From: Planctomycetia bacterium
Lineage (GTDB): Bacteria; Planctomycetota; Planctomycetia; Pirellulales; UBA1268
DNA length: 41,910 nt
NCBI GenBank assembly: GCA_046339335.1
Contig: JBKDUV010000043.1
Span: forward strand, 1-41,910
Direction: 5' to 3'
The position numbers were made by a program, and so were the translations under genes. Shown here in pieces: positions 38,029 through 41,910 of the stretch. The notes under the pieces are model-generated. The model did no database searches. It was not told where the DNA came from and saw nothing but the letters and a program-made list of their open reading frames with translations. How positions within the stretch are numbered: position 1 is the stretch's first letter; each line of letters opens with the position of its first letter.

Positions 38029-38805
38029 ATGACACGCGATCGAGACATGGCCGACGATCTGGGCCCGTGCCACTATGGCGAGTCGGTCCACATCACGCCG
38101 GCAATCGTTTACACGTGTTGTGGCGTCGCGTTTCTGATGTTTGGGATCTTCGGCACACGACTCCCTCCCGACCCGAAGTTCCCACCCCACGCAACGATGC
38201 GTGCCGGTCTCTTGGTGGCCGCTGTCGGTGCCGTGTGCCTCGTGATCGGGATCGTCCGGCTGGTTCCCGATCTGGGTGCCAGCTGGCATCTGCACGAACA
38301 GGGAGTCCGCGTCGTACGCCGCGGTGACCAACGCCTGCTCGCATATCAGGACATCGATGAGGTGTCGCTCAATGCGGTGCGGGTATTCGTGAACGGCGCG
38401 TGCACTGGTGACGTTCAAGTGGCCACATTCACCTCAGGCCGTCTTGGCAAACCGATTGTCATCAAGCAGGTGCGCAGGCCGAGCACCATAAGCGGGGTGG
38501 AACTCGATAGATCCCCTGAACTGGCAGAGGCCTGCAACAAGGTCGCCGACCTGATCGCAGCCCGTTCTGTCGGCGCCGGCCCACCTGCCGAACTTCCTGC
38601 CCGGTTACCGACTGATCCAGTCGCGGCTCCGTGCGATCAGCGAAGCCGACGGCATGACTCCAACTCCTGTTTGACGGCGTTCCCAGTCTCGAGGGCAAAC
38701 GCCAACCGAGCAGGTGCGCCAGCGAATGGTCTGATGCTTCAGACTCGCCCGCCCGCTCGACGCCACTGTTGCCTCATCGCAGACGGTCGCCAGGATCCGC
38801 CCCGG
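38029..38805 (+). CDS. orphan ORF predicted to encode a 2-TM membrane protein with a soluble domain. The 3' end is undefined, and the listed end is only the coaX boundary.
   Basis: ATG 38029 lies 5 nt after GAGG. TM helices are ITPAIVYTCCGVAFLMFGIFG and AGLLVAAVGAVCLVIGIV, followed by WHLHEQGVRVVRRGDQRLLAYQDIDEVSL... The frame has no stop until 39885, where it is antisense to coaX/obgE. G+C is lower than in the flanks by eye. Confidence 0.3.
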
Positions 38806-39633
38806 TCAGCCCCGCTCCGCCTCGGCCAGGGCGATGCCGGCGAGCACAAGATCGGGGAGTTCGACCGCCCCGGGCAGGGCATCGCGGACGAGTCCGGCGG
38901 AGCCGCCGGTGAGGAGCAACGCGGCATCGTCGCCGGCCGCCTTCCGTGCCTCGGCGACGAGACGGGCCACCGCGCCACGAATGCCCCAGCCGATGCCGGC
39001 GGCGATCGCCGCCTGCGTGGAGCACCCCGGCATCGCCGGCGGCGGGCCCTGATCGAGGGCGGCGACCTCGGGGAGCCGGCTCGTGCCCTCGGCGAGCGCC
39101 CGTGCCATGAGCGCCGGGCCGGGGAGACTCGCCCCGCCGAGAAAGGCCCCGTCCGGCGCGACGATGTCGACGGTCGTGGCCGTGCCGCAGTCGACGACGA
39201 GCGCTCCCTTGCCCGCCGGCTTGACGATGCCGGCGGCCGCCGCCGAGGCGAGCCGGTCGATGCCCACGCGATGCGGTTCATCGAGTTGCACGGCCAGCGG
39301 CAGGTCTGCATGGCCGATCCGCCGTTGCCGCAGGGCGCGATGCCCCGTGGCCGAGACCTCCGCGACCGCGGCTCCGAGACGGGCAGCGGCCGTGTCGTTC
39401 ACGCTCGCCACGAGCAGCAGGGCCGGTCCGGGGGCCACGGCGGCCAGCCAGCGTTCGAGGTTCGTGGGGCGGAAGTCGCGGCTCAACAGGTCCTGCCGGC
39501 GGTCCACCCGCGGGAGCCGCGTCACCGCTGGCCCCACCCGGCCGCGTTCCGCGACGACCGCGAGCTTGATACGCGTGTTGCCCACGTCGGCGATGAGCAG
39601 CGTCTCGAACGGCGCGTGCATGGGCGTGGTCAT
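38806..39633 (-). CDS. coaX: type III pantothenate kinase
   Basis: ...LLIADVGNTRIKLAVV..., VVDCGTATTVD. 275 aa. The ATG overlaps the obgE stop. Confidence 0.9.
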   Translation of the reverse strand: MTTPMHAPFETLLIADVGNTRIKLAVVAERGRVGPAVTRLPRVDRRQDLLSRDFRPTNLERWLAAVAPGPALLLVASVNDTAAARLGAAVAEVSATGHRALRQRRIGHADLPLAVQLDEPHRVGIDRLASAAAAGIVKPAGKGALVVDCGTATTVDIVAPDGAFLGGASLPGPALMARALAEGTSRLPEVAALDQGPPPAMPGCSTQAAIAAGIGWGIRGAVARLVAEARKAAGDDAALLLTGGSAGLVRDALPGAVELPDLVLAGIALAEAERG

Positions 39634-40685
39634 GGCGCGCCGCTCCCCGGGGCGGGCACCCCTGAGGCAGGCATTGCCCCCGCAGCCGGGCCGCGCGGCT
39701 CGCGGTCCAGTTCCCTGACCGCCGCACGGACGAGCGCGTCGAGCCCCGCTCCGGTCACGGCGCTCACGGCCAGCACCTCGCGGCCGATGGCGGCGGCCAG
39801 GTCCTCGCGGACGTCCGCGGCACCGGGCAGTTCGGCCTTGCTGAGGACGACGATCTCGGGCCGTTCGCCGAGCGTCGCGTCGTAGCGGACGAGTTCGTCG
39901 CGGATCGCCCGATAGTTGGCCAGCGGTTCGGTGCCGTCGGCCGGAAACGGCTCCACGACGTGGACGAGGATTCCGGCCCGCTCCACGTGGCGGAGGAACT
40001 CGTGCCCGAGGCCGACGCCGGCGTGGGCTCCCTCGATGAGGCCGGGGAGATCCGCGAGCACGAAGCTTCGGTCGCGTGACACCGCCACGATGCCGAGGAT
40101 CGGAGTCTTCGTCGTGAACGCATAGTCGGCGATCTCGGGCCGGGCCCGGGAGAGCCGCGAGAGGAGCGTGCTCTTGCCGGCGTTCGGCTTGCCGACCAGG
40201 CCCACGTCGGCGATCACCTTGAGTTCGAGGAGCAGCCGGCGGATCTCCCCGGTCTCGCCGGGCGTCGTCTGCCGCGGGGCGCGGTTCGTGGAGGACTTGT
40301 AGTGCACATTGCCCCAGCCGCCGGCGCCGCCGCGAGCGGCCACGATCGACTCGCCTGCCGCGGAGAGATCCCGCAGCACGAGCCCCGAACCCTCGTCGAT
40401 CACGACCGTCCCCGGGGGCACGAGACGCACGAGATCCTCGGCGTCACGGCCGCGGCAGTTCGCCGGTCCGCCGCTGGCACCTGTTTCGGCCCGCCACTGC
40501 CGCCGATGGGCGAGCGCGGCAAGGGAATCGACGCCCGGTTCCGCGCGCAGGATCACGCTGCCGCCGTTGCCGCCGTCGCCACCGTCGGGGCCGCCGAAGG
40601 GGACGTACTTCTCCCGGCGGAAGCTGCACATGCCCCGGCCGCCGTTGCCGGCGACGACGTCAATGTGGACTCGATCCACGAACAC
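39630..40685 (-). CDS. obgE: GTPase Obg/CgtA
   Basis: MFVDRVHIDVVAGNGGRGMCSFRREKYVPFGGPDGGDGGNGGSVIL..., GKPNAGKSTLL, DLPGLIEGA. Confidence 0.95.
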   Translation of the reverse strand: MFVDRVHIDVVAGNGGRGMCSFRREKYVPFGGPDGGDGGNGGSVILRAEPGVDSLAALAHRRQWRAETGASGGPANCRGRDAEDLVRLVPPGTVVIDEGSGLVLRDLSAAGESIVAARGGAGGWGNVHYKSSTNRAPRQTTPGETGEIRRLLLELKVIADVGLVGKPNAGKSTLLSRLSRARPEIADYAFTTKTPILGIVAVSRDRSFVLADLPGLIEGAHAGVGLGHEFLRHVERAGILVHVVEPFPADGTEPLANYRAIRDELVRYDATLGERPEIVVLSKAELPGAADVREDLAAAIGREVLAVSAVTGAGLDALVRAAVRELDREPRGPAAGAMPASGVPAPGSGAP

Positions 40686-40716
40686 GCCGCCACCTCGCGA
40701 AGCGCACCGCGCGGCG

Positions 40717-40971
40717 TCAGGCCGGCGTGCCGGAAACCACGTTCACCCGACGGCCTTCGCGGTCGAACATCACCACGCCGTCGGAGAGCGCGAACAACGT
40801 GTAGTCTGTGCCGATGCCCACGTTCGAGCCGGGGTGAAACTTGGTGCCCACCTGGCGGACGAGACTGGTGCCGGCCTGCACTTGCTGGCCGGCGAACTTC
40901 TTCACGCCCCGACGCTGCGCGTTGGAGTCGCGGCCGTTGCGGCTCGAACCCTGACCCTTCTTGTGTGCCAT
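40717..40971 (-). CDS. rpmA: 50S ribosomal protein L27
   Basis: [29 protein letters not shown]... 84 aa. GGAGGA lies upstream. Confidence 0.95.
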   Translation of the reverse strand: MAHKKGQGSSRNGRDSNAQRRGVKKFAGQQVQAGTSLVRQVGTKFHPGSNVGIGTDYTLFALSDGVVMFDREGRRVNVVSGTPA

Positions 40972-41091
40972 CTCACCCGTCCTCCAAAATCCAACCCGAC
41001 CTCAGACGAACCACAACAGCATATCACCGACCCGAACAGGCTGCGACCACCGGGCACAACGCCCCTGCGACAACGCCGCCGCGGCACGGCG

Positions 41092-41865
41092 TCAGAGCCC
41101 GGAAGGCTCGGTTTCGTAGCGGAAAATCCAGGTGTGGTCAATGCCCTCGTGCACCGCTGCTGCGGCGGCGTAAACGAGCGGACCGCGGGGGCCGAGCAGG
41201 GCCTGCAGCAACTGGCCGCGTTTTTCCACGTCCTTCTCCGCTTCGAGTGCCACCTGCGCCTGTCCGAACGCCGTTCGCGGATCGACCGTCGCGATCTGCG
41301 CCGGGTCGAGGCCGCACTCCTCCATCGCGGCCAGCGACCGCGCCGCGGCGACGTCCTGCGCGAACCGCTCGATCCAGCGCCCCTCGGCCCCGAAGATCGC
41401 CCGTTCGCGGGCCAGCCGCGCCGCATGCGTGGGCGCCGACTCCAGGCTGCGGACGATCGTCGCCAGCGATGCCAGCGGCCGGCGCTCGATCTCTTCGGGC
41501 GTCAGCTTGACCGCGGCCAACGCCTCGCGTCGCTCGGCCTCTCGGTCGGAGGGCCCGCTTCCGGATGCCGCGGATCGCAGGTCGGTGAATCCTTTCACGC
41601 CCAGATCCCCGCACAGGTCACGGAAGATCCGCCCGCGGTCCGTCCCCTGCGGCAATGCGGCGAGTTTCTTGAGCACCGTCTCCAGCGGCAGCAGGCTGCC
41701 GGCGGCGTCGGCGCCGTCCGGATCGAGGAGATCCGACCATTTCAGCCCGAGGTCGTCGAGTGCCGCGAGCGGTTTCGCGTTCGTCCGCCCCGGCCGCCCG
41801 ACCGCCTCGATCAGCCGGCTGCCGCTGGCGATGCGTTCGAACATCCCTGCATGGCCGACGCTCAT
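41092..41865 (-). CDS. hypothetical protein (family not recognised). The frame stays open to the window edge, so the true start may lie beyond 41910.
   Basis: 257-aa ORF with GC-rich third codon positions and an acidic, helical sequence. There is no stop in frame in 41866-41910. Confidence 0.5.
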   Translation of the reverse strand: MSVGHAGMFERIASGSRLIEAVGRPGRTNAKPLAALDDLGLKWSDLLDPDGADAAGSLLPLETVLKKLAALPQGTDRGRIFRDLCGDLGVKGFTDLRSAASGSGPSDREAERREALAAVKLTPEEIERRPLASLATIVRSLESAPTHAARLARERAIFGAEGRWIERFAQDVAAARSLAAMEECGLDPAQIATVDPRTAFGQAQVALEAEKDVEKRGQLLQALLGPRGPLVYAAAAAVHEGIDHTWIFRYETEPSGL

Positions 41866-41910
41866 CTCGGTGCCCTCGCCGCCCCGTCCGACCTGCGGCC
41901 GCCAGAAGTC

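Noticed and set aside
40972-41091. Promoter upstream of rpmA (possible TGATAT -10).
   Set aside because: There is no acceptable -35 element at 16-18 nt spacing, so it is too weak to call from sequence alone.

Overview
High-GC (about 70% by eye) bacterial chromosomal segment. The gene content suggests Planctomycetota/PVC: a DUF1501 + DUF1549/DUF1553 pair, a TIGR03009-like secreted protein, a Minf_1886-like protein and an LRR lipoprotein. This lineage call is inference, not proof. The core is a minus-strand S10-spc-alpha ribosomal superoperon running from rpsJ (start 29405) to rplQ (end 12806). It includes secY, adk, map, rpoA and an rpmJ gene that the ORF track misses as too short. There is no rpmD or infA. 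Upstream on the same strand lies rsfS-argS followed by an EF-G-family gene. Further right are rpmA-obgE-coaX. The left flank is housekeeping or accessory: a MEKHLA protein, pckA, membrane proteins, ldhA-like, speA, a MATE transporter and the DUF1501/DUF1549 pair. I found no tRNA, rRNA, CRISPR array, transposase, integrase or recognisable defence or toxin system. Most long plus-strand ORFs opposite the ribosomal genes are GC-rich shadow ORFs. The observations most worth a second look are these. (1) Two conserved genes, the EF-G-like gene and a DUF3500 gene, are each broken by one in-frame TAG with no frameshift, while TAG ends at least 9 other conserved genes at their normal C-termini. (2) A lower-GC segment of about 0.9 kb (37.9-38.8 kb) carries a coding-looking membrane-protein ORF with no stop codon before it runs antisense through coaX/obgE. 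(3) The ribosomal operon has several small repeats, an unusually long structured rpsJ-rplC spacer, a near-consensus promoter with an UP element, and a Cys4 motif in uL24. None of this amounts to a demonstrated new system, and all functional readings below are hypotheses.
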